Shown: positions 41,336-55,876, numbered from the stretch's first letter. The stretch is 64,000 nt of DNA from Paraspadella gotoi (GCA_051294375.1 CM119271.1:11508227-11572226); one strand, 5' to 3'. The notes: generated from the letters alone by a model not told the origin. Program-made: numbers and translations.

Positions 41336-42531
41336 AAAAAGACGAAGAAGAGGACGACGACGATGAAGATGACGACGGCGACGACGATGAAGACGACGAC
41401 GAAGAAGATGAAGAAGACATGAAAAAATCATAACCGAAACGAAAGTAAAAACTTTTTCCTCTTCTCGTTAACTTATTTTCGGGAATTGTAGGGCGCTCTC
41501 TCTTCTCTCTCTACTCTCTCTCTCTCTCTCTCTTCTCTCTCTTCGTCTCTCTCTCTCTCTCTCTCTCTCGACTCTCTCTCTCGTCTCTCGTCTCCCACTC
41601 TTTCTGATCACTCTCTCACCCTGGCGAATCCTTGAGGCAGGCCATAAATTCGAAGTTAGTGTCAACGCCTGTTCAAGAAGCATACAAGGCATCACGATCT
41701 GAGGGAGAGAGAAAGAAAAAGGAAAAGAGAATAAAGAGAAGAAGTGAAAGAGAGAGACGAGACGAGAGAGAGAGCAGAGAGAGAGGAGAGAGGAAGACAG
41801 AGTGGAGAGGAGAGAGAGAGGAGAGAGAAAAAATATCATTACAAATAAAAATATCATTAACTTAAACATAGTAAGAAAAAACAAAGGAATCGAAAAAAAC
41901 ATAAACATTTGTTCGGTAGCTAAAATCTGTAGAAAAACAACAAACCACAACAACAACAACATAGCAACAACAACAACAGCAACAATAATAACAACAACAA
42001 CAACAACAGCAACAATAATAACAACAACAACATAGCAACAACAGCAACAACAGCAACAACAATGGGCAATTTCGGCGAAACGATTTCTATTCTTAGAGAT
42101 TTGTGTCGTTAAAATCCTTTCTTTTATTACTCTGTATTGATTGGCCAATCTCGCAGAAATGCTGAATTCTGATTGGCTAATCTAACCGAAATACTGATTT
42201 TTGATTGGTCACTTTACTCGTTTTGTCTTAATTCTTATTTTCTCTCTTCTTTTCTTTTCTTTTCTTTTCTTTCCTCTCTTTTTCTTTTCTTTTCTTTTCT
42301 TTTCTTTTCTTTTCTTTTCTTTTCTTTTCTTTTCTTTTCTTTTCTTTTCTTTTCGTTTCTTTCTCTTCTTCGCCAACCGAGTTATGGTTTTTATGACCAA
42401 AACCAAAGTTTCTCTTTTTCTTTCTTTTGTTTTTGAGTTGTTGTTGTTGTTGTTATGAGAATCTTTGCTATCTTGAGAAAGACGCTTAAAGGAGTTAGGG
42501 GTCTCTTTAGTCGCATCATAACAACTCTCTC

Positions 42532-42578
<47 letters not shown>

Positions 42579-42773
42579 AACAAACATTCCAAAGGGAGTA
42601 TAAGAAACATTGCCCAGGTTATTTGGGTCTTTATAAAAAAAATTTTCTCATTCTCTCTCTCTCTCTCTTTGGCTTTGTCTCTCTCTCTAATTCTCTTTCT
42701 TGGACTTTCTCTCTCTCATCCTTACTCTTTGTCTCTCTTCGTTTCCACCCCAGTTATTTTGTTTCAATTCATG

Positions 42774-42834
<61 letters not shown>

Positions 42835-43452
42835 ATATCTTTTATGAATAGATTTCATTTCTCTTTTCTTTTCCTCTGGCGTCCATTTGATTCCAAATCT
42901 CCTGAGTTTTTCTCTCATTATTTTCTCTGACAAGAGGAATTCCGTCTCTCCCTCTCACTCTCTGTCTTTCTAACTCTCTGTCTCACTCTCTGTCTTTCTA
43001 ACTCTCTGTCTCACTCTCTACAAAAATAATATATCTGCAAGTTAATAACATTCTCTGAGAAAATACATCAAAATAAAAATAAAGTACCTTTTTTTCTGGC
43101 TAGAGATTATAAACTTTTATTTAATCATTTACAAGTAAGCTCATCGGCAATAATATAAATTTAAAAAATAACAATCACTCAATCAATCAATCAATCGATA
43201 AAAAAATCAATCAATCAATCAATCAATAAATAAATAAATAAATAAAAAAATCCATCAATCAATCAATCACTCAAATCCACCTGAAATATCTGCAGAACTG
43301 GTTTCCTCTTCATCTTCATAGAATAATGCAACTGAGAATAGGGGACTTCGCAACAAGGATACTTTATTGTGATTCTGGTTCCAGTCGTGTTGATGATGTC
43401 CCACCCTGTGTTGGTTACGAAGGCGTACGTCTCGATGTACTCGTGTTTTAAC

Positions 43453-43500
<48 letters not shown>

Positions 43501-45161
43501 GATGAAGGGGAGGGAGAATGTGGGATAAGGAACCATATGTTTCATGTCTTGTTTACTCTTTACTTTTTGTAAACTAAAAGTTAAATATTTTCAGGATTTT
43601 TAGTATATTTCAAAAACTAAAACTATTAATAATAAATGAAGAAATTTAAAATTGAGTTAGTAACAGTGCATGACGTCAAAAAAGAACTTGGCAGCGGTGG
43701 GATTCGAACCCACGCCTCCGTAGAGACTGGTACCTTAAACCAGCGCCTTAGACCACTCGGCCACGCTAACACGTTTTAATGATAAAAATAATTTTAGATA
43801 ATTCTCTCTCAATTAAAGTTTAAAATAAAACTCCAAACTTAGAAACGTTCGTCCACTCAACCCTAATTGATCTTTTATTTATTAATTTTATTTATTAATG
43901 AAATTATGTAAATGCGGGATTCGAACCCGAGACCTCTTCACATCTCCCCCCCCCCAGTCAAAATGGCGCTTTTCTTTTCAATCACCACAAATCGATTTTT
44001 CTTTTCTTCAATAATAAATCACTTCTTTTCTTTTCTTTTTTTCTTTTCTTTTCTTTTTTTTATTTCTTTTCTTTTCTTTTCTCTTCCTTTCCTTTATTTT
44101 TTCTCCTTTCCGTTTTTCCTCGAGTCAACAACAACAACAACAACAACGACGACGACGACGACGACGACACCTTTTTAATTCTTTTTTATTTATTATTTAG
44201 TTATTCTCATCTATCATTTCCTTTCTATCTATAATTTCAGTCTCCTCCTCTTAATTTTCCTATCTTATTTCCTCTTTTCTCTTTTCTTTTTCCTATCTTA
44301 TTCTTTTCATTTCCTCTTTTCTCTTTTCTTTTTCCTATCTTATTCTTTTCATTTCCTCTTTTCTTTTTCCTATCTTATTTTTTTCATTTCCTCTTTTCTC
44401 TTTTCTTTTTCCTATCTTATTATTTTCATTTTTATGTTTTCCCTCAATGAGAACCAGCTCGGTCTCAAAAATTGAAATGCATTTCTCGTGCACCTGAAGA
44501 TTCTCTTCAGCCGACTTTTAATCCAGCCTGCTCCTCCCAGAACCCCCTCCACATCCCTTAACCTCCCACCACCTCCCACCACCTCCCTTGCACCTCCCAG
44601 CACCTCCCTTGCACCTGTAAGTCGATCTCTGACTCGTCGTGCATCCAAGTTGAAAATTCTAATTTACATTTTTGTTCGTCGAAGGGAAAATAAGTGATTT
44701 CGACCTGAAGGAGAAAATGATATTTTGGGTCAAGTGTGGTCAGTTCTGATCGAGTGTGGTCAAACGTAGTAAAGTGTGATCAAGTGTAGTAAAGTGTGGT
44801 TAGGTTTGGTTAAATGTGGTGAAGGGTGGTTAAGTGTAGTCATATGTAGTCAGGTGTGGTCGAATGTGATCAAGTGTGGTTAACTATGGTCAAATGTGGT
44901 CAAATATGAACAAATGAGAGCAAAAATGTGGTCGGCGCGAGTCGGTCAGTCGCTGTCGGTAATGGGCTTCAACGATATTAATAGCGCCTCTGGCGTCAGT
45001 AAAAGTTTTTATTGGCAGAATTAAAATCATGAAGGCAAGAGGCATGGAGGCATGGAGGCATGGAGGTTATGAGAATGACAAACATTATCTCTTTTTATGA
45101 CTCCCTTCCTCTCTATTTTCTCTGTCTCCCTTCTCTGAACCTTTTCTCTTTCCCTCTCTTT

Positions 45162-45201
<40 letters not shown>

Positions 45202-45842
45202 ATCCTTTCTAATTTTCCCACTTTTTTCTTTTTCTCTCTTTTTTCCGAAAACTCTTTCTTCTCTCTATCCTTTTTTTCTGTCTATTTTCTTTCTTTTCCT
45301 TTCNNNNNNNNNNNNNNNNNNNNNNNNNNNNNNNNNNNNNNNNNNNNNNNNNNNNNNNNNNNNNNNNNNNNNNNNNNNNNNNNNNNNNNNNNNNNNNNNN
45401 NNNNNNNNNNNNNNNNNNNNNNNNNNNNNNNNNNNNNNNNNNNNNNNNNNNNNNNNNNNNNNNNNNNNNNNNNNNNNNNNNNNNNNNCCTCCCCCTCACC
45501 TCGCAAATGCTCTTAGTCGTGATGGACGGTGCCCAATAAACATCTCCATTATGGTTGACGTTTGCGTAAAAATCTGCCTTTTGTTGAAAGTTGAGCATTT
45601 GTCCTGCTGTGTTGAGAAGGACCACATCTGGACGCCACATGTCCACGACCGGCATGTTAAGCTGTGGGTAGAGGGTGTGGGGAAAAATTGGTGGAATTTT
45701 AGTATACAAACTATGAAATAAATCATTAAATAAATAATAATTTACTCATTTGTTAATAATAGTAGTTTTCAGTTTTCACAGTGGCTGAACGAAAAAGAGG
45801 AAGTAAGTTTTTGTTGGCTAATGTGGCGCCAGACTCAGATAT

Positions 45843-45888
<46 letters not shown>

Positions 45889-47282
45889 AGAAGAGAGAGA
45901 GAGTGGGAAGAGAGAGAGAGAGAAAGAGAGAGAGTGCGCTCATCAACATTTTCTCAACTTGCAGTCTAAGTCGAAATCCCAGTTCGTTGCTTCGTTGCCA
46001 TGACGAAGACAAAGACAAAGACACAACCTCATCGTAATCTTTATTCACTGGAAATCTCAAGTCTGTGATCTGTGATATTTTATCTTTTTATCTTTGCTGC
46101 TTTGTCGCTTTTATTCTCTTTCTTCCCTCACTCCTTCTCTATCTCTCCTTCTTTTCTTAACTAATTACTACCTCTCTTTCACTTTATCTCTCTCTCTCTC
46201 TCTCTCTCTCTNNNNNNNNNNNNNNNNNNNNNNNNNNNNNNNNNNNNNNNNNNNNNNNNNNNNNNNNNNNNNNNNNNNNNNNNNNNNNNNNNNNNNNNNN
46301 NNNNNNNNNNNNNNNNNNNNNNNNNNNNNNNNNNNNNNNNNNNNNNNNNNNNNNNNNNNNNNNNNNNNNNNNNNNNNNNNNNNNNNNNNNNNNNNNNNNN
46401 NNNNNNNNNNNNNNNNNNNNNNNNNNNNNNNNNNNNNNNNNNNNNNNNNNNNNNNNNNNNNNNNNNNNNNNNNNNNNNNCTCTCTCTCTCTCTGCTCTTC
46501 GGGCGTTCACATCATTTCATCCCCAGCGATGAATCCAGATAACGAAATATATTATATTATTATATATATAATCGAAGAGTCAATCGTCTCTGCTCCTCGC
46601 TCTTCTTCTCTATTTCTCTCTCTCTCTCGTCTCTCTCTCTCTCGTCGTCTCTCTCTCGTCTCTCTCGTCGTCTAAGTGAATGTCTTCTATTTCTATGGAA
46701 GAAGCTCCCAGAAGCTGGTAGACGCTATCAGTAGCTATCAAAAGCTATCACTCTTTAAAATGCTTTAAAATGTTACGATTGCATTGCTCATATCACTTCA
46801 CGATTTGCCACTCCAGTAAAATCTTTTACAAATAAGAATCACTCCATTTTTTACTCCAATTTTTTTTCCGTTAACGATTTTGCTCTTCAAAATGTCTCGC
46901 TCTCTGTCTTCTTTTTCTTTTCAAAATGTCTCGCTCTCTGTCTTCTTTTTCTTTTCAAAAAGTCTCGCTCTCTGTCTTCTTCTTTTATCGCAAAATCCAA
47001 ATGTTTTTTACTGCAACAAAATCTTGTCTTACAAAAAACAAATCTTTTAACTTTGTTTAAATGTAGCACTCAATCTTTTGTATTGCTCATTTGTATTGCT
47101 CAATTAACATCTACACTTAGGCTTCTTTATTCTACTAAATTCGATGACGGCCTAAAAATAAATCCATGCAGCCCAATAAATCTCACAAAATCTATGACGT
47201 TAGCGACTGAAATCAATCAATTCCATTTTATTTATTTCTTTTGAATCAAAAAAAAAAATCTCCGATGAATCGAAAGAAAGTT

Positions 47283-47324
<42 letters not shown>

Positions 47325-47906
47325 TTATTTTCTTCTTCTATTTTCTTCGATTGAACTCAAAACTATTTCATTCCCTCGAGAGGCGAAAACAAATTTGTGA
47401 AAAATCGATTTTGTGAATCAACGTGAGAAGCGAGTCTTTATTCTCTTCGCTCAACCTTAACACCATAACTTTATCTTGCCCTCACCTTATCACTATCACT
47501 CTATCACTCTATCACTATATCACTATATCACCCTATCAGTTTTTAATTGCAAAAAAAAACTACAACTAAAATCAGACAACTTTATGTACCATTGTAGTTC
47601 TCTGAGATTAATAAACTATATTGTGAGAGAGTCTTGATTAATAAACTATATTGAGAGAGAGTCTTGATTAATAAACTATATTAAAAGCTTGCATGGACGT
47701 GCTATGTTAATATCTTGTAAAAGAGATGGAGGCCTTTGCCTTTGCCTTTGCCTTTGCCTTTGCCTTTGCCTTTGCCTTTGCCTTTGCCTTTGCCTTAGCC
47801 CTAGCCCTAGCCTTAGCCTGTTCAAAGTCAGGGATATGATAGATATTTATGATTCCAAATTAATGATAATGAATGTCACTGGAAGCAGCTGTTGAGTTTC
47901 CTTTCC

Positions 47907-47953
<47 letters not shown>

Positions 47954-47994
47954 CCGTCTCGTCTCCTTTCACCTGATTAGTTTTCCTCACCCTC

Positions 47995-48032
<38 letters not shown>

Positions 48033-48127
48033 GAACAGATTTCCTCACCCATAACTCTCTCTCTTCATTGGCTCATCTTTGCTGTCTCCCTCGGCGATCG
48101 TTAAGATATTTTTTCATGCCTTTCATC

Positions 48128-48179
<52 letters not shown>

Positions 48180-48692
48180 TTGATGGAAAGGTGAGTGAGA
48201 GAGAGAGACACAGCGATTATAACGAATATCAATTTCGAGGTTAACGATGTTGCTGACGAAGACAATTATAAAACGACGACGACGACGACGACGACGACGA
48301 TAAACTGACGACAACGACGACTACAACCATAAGGGGCTCATGATGTTCACGAAAAATATTTGTTTTGAATAAGAAAATAAATTAGTATTAAATATGAGGA
48401 AAATAAGAAGGAGATGAAAAAAAAGAGAGANNNNNNNNNNNNNNNNNNNNNNNNNNNNNNNNNNNNNNNNNNNNNNNNNNNNNNNNNNNNNNNNNNNNNN
48501 NNNNNNNNNNNNNNNNNNNNNNNNNNNNNNNNNNNNNNNNNNNNNNNNNNNNNNNNNNNNNNNNNNNNNNNNNNNNNNNNNNNNNNNNNNNNNNNNNNNN
48601 NNNNNNNNNNNNNNNNNNNNNNNNNNNNNNNNNNNNNNNNNNNNNNNNNNNNNNNNNNNNNNNNNNNNNNNNNNNNNNNNNNNNNNNNNNNN

Positions 48693-48723
<31 letters not shown>

Positions 48724-51700
48724 TAAGGAATTTTTTTTCCTTCGCGCGATTTGTGATTTACGCCCAGAGATGTGGGCGGCGGCGGCGGCGGCGGCGGCTG
48801 CTGCTGCGGCGGCGGCGGTGGCGGAGGAGTAGGAGGGTGTGATTAGCGAAATTGATAAATATACAAACGAGATGACGTATGAAAGAAAAGTAAAGATAGA
48901 CAAACGGACGAATGGACAAATGAAAAAATTNNNNNNNNNNNNNNNNNNNNNNNNNTATATTGGCATGAACCAATTTCAGTTTTTGTTTAAGAAGGTCGCT
49001 TTCATCTATATTAACATCATGGAGGATGGAATCAAGGATTAATTTGTATAAAAAAGAAAAGAAGATGAAAATGAAAATTAAAGTTCTCTTGCTTCAAAGA
49101 GGGAAAATAAGTTGCCTAGATGACGGACACGAGGACGGAAAAGGAGAATGACGTGGGAGAGCAGCGACAAGAAACCGGATAAAGAAAGGCTGTGTTAAGA
49201 CTAGGATATTTTCAAGGCTCCGAGACGAGGGGCGAATCGTTCTCGCGTCGCGGAACGGGGGCCGATAACCGCTTCCTTTTCTGATTAGAGCGCAAGGACA
49301 TGACGCCATGTTAAATGCAGGAGGCGGTATCAGCGTTTTCATTCAAACGCCTCAAGCAGCCACCACTTCTCCCCTCGGCCCCCCCCCCCTAACGATCTTG
49401 CCTGGGTCGTTGAATTAAAAAGAGAGACGGCGCGCCCGGGACGAGAGAGAGACCGGGCGAACAAGGCGGGGGGCGAGAGAAGAAGGAGGCGGAGGGCCAA
49501 TTCTAGCCGAAAAGACCTGTTGCTTACGTGTTTTTGTCCGCAGGAGATGGAACGTGCCGGCGTTTCTCGTAAAATCTTTCCAGCACAGATTCGGCGGGCA
49601 AGTGTGATTCCGGATCAAAATCCTTTCTAGCACTGGAACACGCGGATCGCTAAGCCGGCGACATTTTTCAAGTGGCGAAAATCGCCGGCGCCGCGGCCCA
49701 TCTTCTTAAATTGCCTCCGGTTCGTATTTTTCTTCTTTTCTATTTTGCTGTGTTTAGAATATTGTCGCAGCTCCGAAACAAAAAAAAAACAATGAGGAGA
49801 TAGAGAGGGAGTGCGTTTTTGTTTGGGTTGTGACGACACCTCCCCACACTACGTATTTATTGCCGTTTTCCGGTTTTCTCTCTTCTCTCCCTCTCACTTT
49901 TCGTTTTTTTGGTTTTCTCACGGGCGACGATTTTGGTTTGGGAAATACGAACCGGAAGTTTGAGGGAGAGTTCGTTCGATGAGTGGTGAATACATATATA
50001 CTCTCTTCCAAGTTATCCTCGATGGAGACGAGAAAGAGGCTGAAATAGTTAAAGAGAGCGAGAGGAGAGTGAGTGAGAGAGGAGTGCTGAGGATGACGAG
50101 ACTTGTGTTTGGAGGTTGATGTAAGACGGAGGAGACTTAGATTGTTGGTGGCTGAAGCAGGAGCGAGTGACGGGGGTCAGCGTATCTGGGAATTTATCAT
50201 TGGGTGTACGGTTGGTTGGAGGAGGATGCAGGATTCCAGCCCATTTGTCGCCGAAACAGAACAAAATGATCAACGAAATGAATAAATATAAAGCTAAATC
50301 AGCAAAGGATGAAATAAATGATAAGGTGAGAATCAGCAATATGGAATAAATGGACAAGAAACAAGAAAAACGGGATGGAGTGAACGTACCATTCAGGATA
50401 AGTGGCATTTTGTGACGAACGTATGTTGGAAGCTTGGATGATGATGATGGAGTTGGATTGATGGAGGCAGCCGAGTCAGGGATGGACAACTTAAGCCAGA
50501 TTGATTTGGATGCTTCAGACCATAAAATGCCCCGGATACCGATGATTTTAAATGTTCATTTGCGGATTTGTTGGTCTGCGGCCTCCTGCTCCTCTCTCCT
50601 CTTCCTCTTCCTCCTCCTCCTCCCTTGTCTTATCTGACGTCCTCATCTTTTTTGTTGCCAAAATCGATTTTTCTTTGTTTCGCCAAAAAAAGTCTCTTGA
50701 CGCGATGATAGAGAGAGAGATGATAGAGAGAGATATGATAGAGAGAGAGATGATAGAGAGATATGAGAGAGAAAGAGATGATAGAGAGATATGATGGAGA
50801 GAAAGATGAAAGAGAGATGATAAAAAGAAAGATGATAGGGTGAGAGATGTTGGAGACAGAGATGATAAATAGTGAGATAGCAGAGAGTTGATAAAAAGAG
50901 AGATGACAGAGAGAGATAATGATAGGGTTAGAGATGATAGAGACAGAGGTGACAGAGAGAGAGAGATGACAGAGAGAGAGAGATGACAGAGAGAGATATG
51001 ACACAGAGAGATGACAGAGAGAGACATATAATACCGAAGAAAGATGAAAGCTAAGATTAAGATATGTCACTGAGCAACAGACAAGAAATGTCATACAAGA
51101 TGTGATAAATAGAAATCTTCGCCTCGAGAATTTCCTTTTATGGATTTCCTCACCAAAATTTCTTGAGGCGATGGAAGATTCTTCATTGTCGTTGTCGTCG
51201 TCGTTGTTGTTGTCGTCGTTGTCGTCGTCGTCGTTGTTATCTTGATTGTTTAATAGAAAACTGATGTAACTTTAGATAATAGGGATCTTTGTGACTTTTG
51301 TTCAATGCCTCACTTCCTTCTAGTTGGCGGGTGAGTTAATTAAGGTGAATATCTTTTCCTCACTTTCTCTTCTCTCTCTTTCTCTCTTCCTTTCTTTCTC
51401 TTCTCTTTCTTTCTCCGCCGCAGTTCGGGTGAGTGAAAGAGACTGACTGACCTTTGGTGGTCTTGAGTGAGAGAATCGGCCAGTGAGGCCGAAGAAGGTG
51501 AGGCTGTGAAATTCACGTTCAATCATTGGGATTGGAGAGTGACTCTAACAACAACAACAATAAAAACAACAACAAAAACAGCAACAAGAACAACACAAGG
51601 GAGATTCGTCTATGAGTGGTTGAATTCAGGAAATTTCAAAAATGAATTCAGATTTGAGTTCATGAATATGAATCTGTTGACTACATTCATCGTTTTGTCT

Positions 51701-51940
51701 GTTGGCCACAATCGTAAACGTCGGGTTCTTCGTCATCATCATCGTCGTCATCATCGTCATTATCATAATCGACATTATCATCATCATCATCGTCATCATC
51801 ATCATCATCATCGTCGTCTTCCTCGCCCCCCCCCTCTATCGGCCGCCTTCACCTTTCGGTTCTGAATTCGTTTGGATGGAATCTTTTTGCGTCGAAATCA
51901 ATTAGTAGGAAGGAGAAAAGGGGAAAGGGCAGAGAGAGAT

Positions 51941-51971
<31 letters not shown>

Positions 51972-52970
51972 GAGAGAGAGAGACAAACGTAGGAAATTAG
52001 ATGTAGAGCGGAGAAATACGGGACGTTCTAGAATGAATAAATCCCAGAATTCTCTTTACATATAATAATAAAAATACAAACTAGTTGAGATTTAAATATA
52101 GCAATAGAAAATATAGGAATGAAATATTGCATGATAAATTGTATTGTATTTCATATCATTGTTGAATTCGTTTTTGATTTGTAAAACCCTGTATTCTCGA
52201 TTGAAAGAGAAAATTTCCTTTTTTCCTTTTTGCGGAAATGAATTGGCGGAAAGCCCTCTCTCTCTCTCTCTCTCTCTCTCCCTCTCTCCCTTCCCTCTTA
52301 ATCTCTCTCCCATCCTCTCAATCTCTCCCTCTCTCTCTCTCCCTTCCCTCTCAATCTCTCTCCCATCCTCTCTCTCTCTCTCTTTCCCTCCCCTCTTACT
52401 CTCTCTTTCTCTCTCTCCCTCTCTCTCTCTCTATCTCTTTTCTGCCAGGAAATTCATAAGGTTAGAGAAAAGGATTTTCAAAGAAGATTAATTCTGAATA
52501 TGAAGCAACACGATTTTTCATTTTTGATCCCAAAAGGTTTTAACTTTTTTGGTCGGTCTGTCTATGTGCAGTCAGTCTGTCTGTCAATAGTTAGTCCGTC
52601 TATCAATAGTCGGACTATATGTCCATAGTCGGCTTGACTGTCCATAGTCGATCTCTCTGTCTGTTTGTCCTTAGCCGGTCAGTCTATCCGCAATTGGTTT
52701 GTCTGTCCATAGTCATTCTGTCAGTACGTAGTTGGTCTGTTTGTCCGCAATTGATTTGACGATGTTATTTAAACTTTAAACTCTTAACTCACTGAGAGAC
52801 TTCAAGTCTTTTTTGGCCGATGGAGTTTTGCCAAATCTCGGAGGAAAACCTTTTCTGAGAAAGAGGACGGGCCGGGTCGCGGGTCCGGGCAAGCGGGCCT
52901 TTTCAACACTTCACCACTCACTCGCTCTCTCTCCTCTCCCCTTCTCTTTATCTCCGTCTTTCTCTCCCCC

Positions 52971-53044
<74 letters not shown>

Positions 53045-53911
53045 CCTCTCCCTTTCCCTCTCTCTCTTAACTCTCTCCCTAAATCGCCCTCAACTGGGAA
53101 GTTCAAGTTTTCCCTCATTTTTCTTCCAACCGATTTTCAATCAAGACCCTTTCCGGTTCGAACCGTTAAAGTATTTCAAATTATATTTTGTTTGTATATA
53201 TTAATGTAGTTATATAGTTTATTAAAGCAGCTATACGTAAGTAAGGAGCGTGCAAAAGTCAAAACAAAATAATATGAAATTTAATATAATATTCTTAGTA
53301 TTTTAAAAAACGAATTCTTTTGGTTCGTGATCTTGAATTGTTTTTCACAATCAGCCTCACAGTTTTTACCTCCATTTATTTCACGCAAACAAAAGTGAGA
53401 AAATCTTGTTTTGAATCTTGCAGGGATTTTCTATCAGAGTCGGATGGAGGCCCGAAACCACCAAAGGTTGTCATCAATCATTATTACAATACTTGTACGG
53501 AATTCATACATTCTTTCCATCAAATTTCATCTCTCCAGCCCCATCTTTTATACTCCAGCAAAGAGAAAGACCAAGACAAAGAGAAAGTTCCCAAACTCAA
53601 CTACTCATTCTCAGTTTCTTCCTTTTAAGCTGTTGGTCTCTTGGGCCTTCAACTCAAGAACACAACATTGAACTTAATTTAATTGTTTGTTTCTCAAACA
53701 GTCACTCTGTAAAACAGTCTTATACACTATACAGCACCCATTCTATATTTACCCTCTTTGTCCTTAACACCCTGTACCCTTCCATTTTCATCTTTATATC
53801 TCAACACTCTGTATTCCGTATTTCTCTTTTCTCGTTTCAGTTAGAAACTTTTTCTTTTTTTTTTGAGTAACGAGTTGACTCAAATAATTTTGCTCTGCCC
53901 CGTCCTTGCTC

Positions 53912-53968
<57 letters not shown>

Positions 53969-55228
53969 TCTCTTCTCTCTCTCCTTTATCCACACCTGTC
54001 CTTTTCCCTTTTTCACGTCGATGTTTTTCTTATCTTTTTTCTTTATTTTATCTCTCTCTCTTTCTCTCTCTTTCTTTTCACTCTGTCTCCTTCAGTCAAC
54101 CACTCTCTCTCTCTCTTTCTCTCTGTCTCCATCTTTTTCTCTGTCACTATCTCCTTCTCTCACTAACTCACACTTTCGCTTTCTCCTTTTCTTTTCCCCT
54201 GAGAATTTCTAGTCTTTCCTTTTTTTTCCCTTTTTTTCCCTTTTTTCTCTTTTTTCCCCTTTTTTCACGAAATTTTGTAAAAACTTTTCCAAAAGAAAAA
54301 CAAAACAGGAAAAAAATGAGAAACTAATATCGTTAAGAATGATTGATGGATGAGGTTGATCAAGCAGCTTGCCTCTCATTGACCAATCATGGAACCGTCG
54401 GGAGGAAAAGAAAAGGAAAAGAAGAAATAGGGAGGAGGACTGGACAAAAGTGGACATCGTCTTTGGCCATTTATCTCTAACCAAGACTCTAACCCTCTAC
54501 CCAAGACCCAAAGCGACCAACGCCCTTCCTTTCCCGACAACCGCCCCCCCAACCTTACCCACTGGTTCACTTACCTTTTGAATTCCGTCGTAGTCTTCTG
54601 GGTTCCAGGTGAGAAGAGCATCGCGCCACATGAATTCATAGCAGAAAGTAGATTCGAGGAGCTGAGAGAGAGAGAGAGAGAGGGGGGAGAGAGAGAGAGA
54701 GAGGCAGAGGCAGTGGGAGAGAGAGACAGGGGAAGGAATGGGGAGAAGTAAACTAGTAAAAAAAGCTAAAAATAATTTCTCTCCTTCTTTCTTCATTATC
54801 TTCCTTTTCTTTTTTTCTTTCTCTCCCTCTCTATTTTCTCTCACCTCTCTTTCTCTTCCTCTCTATTTCCTCTCTCATCTCTTTCTCTCTATTTCCTCTC
54901 TCCTCTCTTTCTCTTCCTCTCTATTTCCTCTCTCATCTCTTTCTTGCTCTCTCTTTTACCTCTCTCCTCTCTTTCTCTCTCCTCTCTTTCTCTCCCTCTC
55001 TATTTCCTCTCTCCTACCTTTCTCCCCAATTCCTATCTTTCTCTCCCTCTTTCCCTCTCTCTGTCCCTATCTTTTCCTCAAGAAAGGTAAGACCCGTCAG
55101 CCTCCTTGCGTGGCTCAAAAATTTACGAGGATCATGAATTATTGAATTATCGCTTCGAGGAGAAAGAAGAGGAAAAATTAAACGTCGTTGAAAAATGTCC
55201 TTGCTAAAAATTGACGAAGATCTTGAGT

Positions 55229-55286
<58 letters not shown>

Positions 55287-55811
55287 ATTTACATATGAAT
55301 GCTTCAACGTTTAAATTTTTTCAAAAAGCTGAAATCATGAACCAAAAATGTCAAGGATTTGAAAAATGAGGTGATTTATGCTTCTTAGTTTCTTGGCTTA
55401 AATTCTCTCAAGGAGAAGGGAGCTTGGCAAGGGTCCTGGGGCGGCCTCAGGGGATCTGCTGGAGTCGAGGGGGGCCTAAGGGGGACCTGCTGGGGCCGAG
55501 GGGGGCCCGTGGGAGCCTGAGCGACCCTGTGGGGACTCGCGGGGGAATGTGGGGAAAGATAAAGAGAGAATTTTGCTTTCCCATCTTAAATTGACTATCC
55601 TCTTTCTACGTTGATTTTGCTTCCCCATTGCTTCCATATTGCTTCCACATTGCTTCCCCATTGCTTCACTTTATTCTCCACCTATTTGATGTCTGCAATA
55701 ATTGAGAGTCACCTTATATTACCTTTAATAACTTAGTGACGCCGTTGAGAAACTAGACTTTCTTTATTTTGCTGCGCTCACCTGTAGACTCTGTTCTTAC
55801 TCTCTTACAAG

Positions 55812-55876
<65 letters not shown>

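Noticed and set aside
53320-53870. Overlapping ORFs of 86-150 aa in moderately complex sequence
   Set aside because: No recognisable motif or splice context; may be a decayed TE fragment.
55430-55555. Collagen-like Gly-Pro segment on the minus strand
   Set aside because: The Gly-X-Y register is not maintained and there is an in-frame stop.
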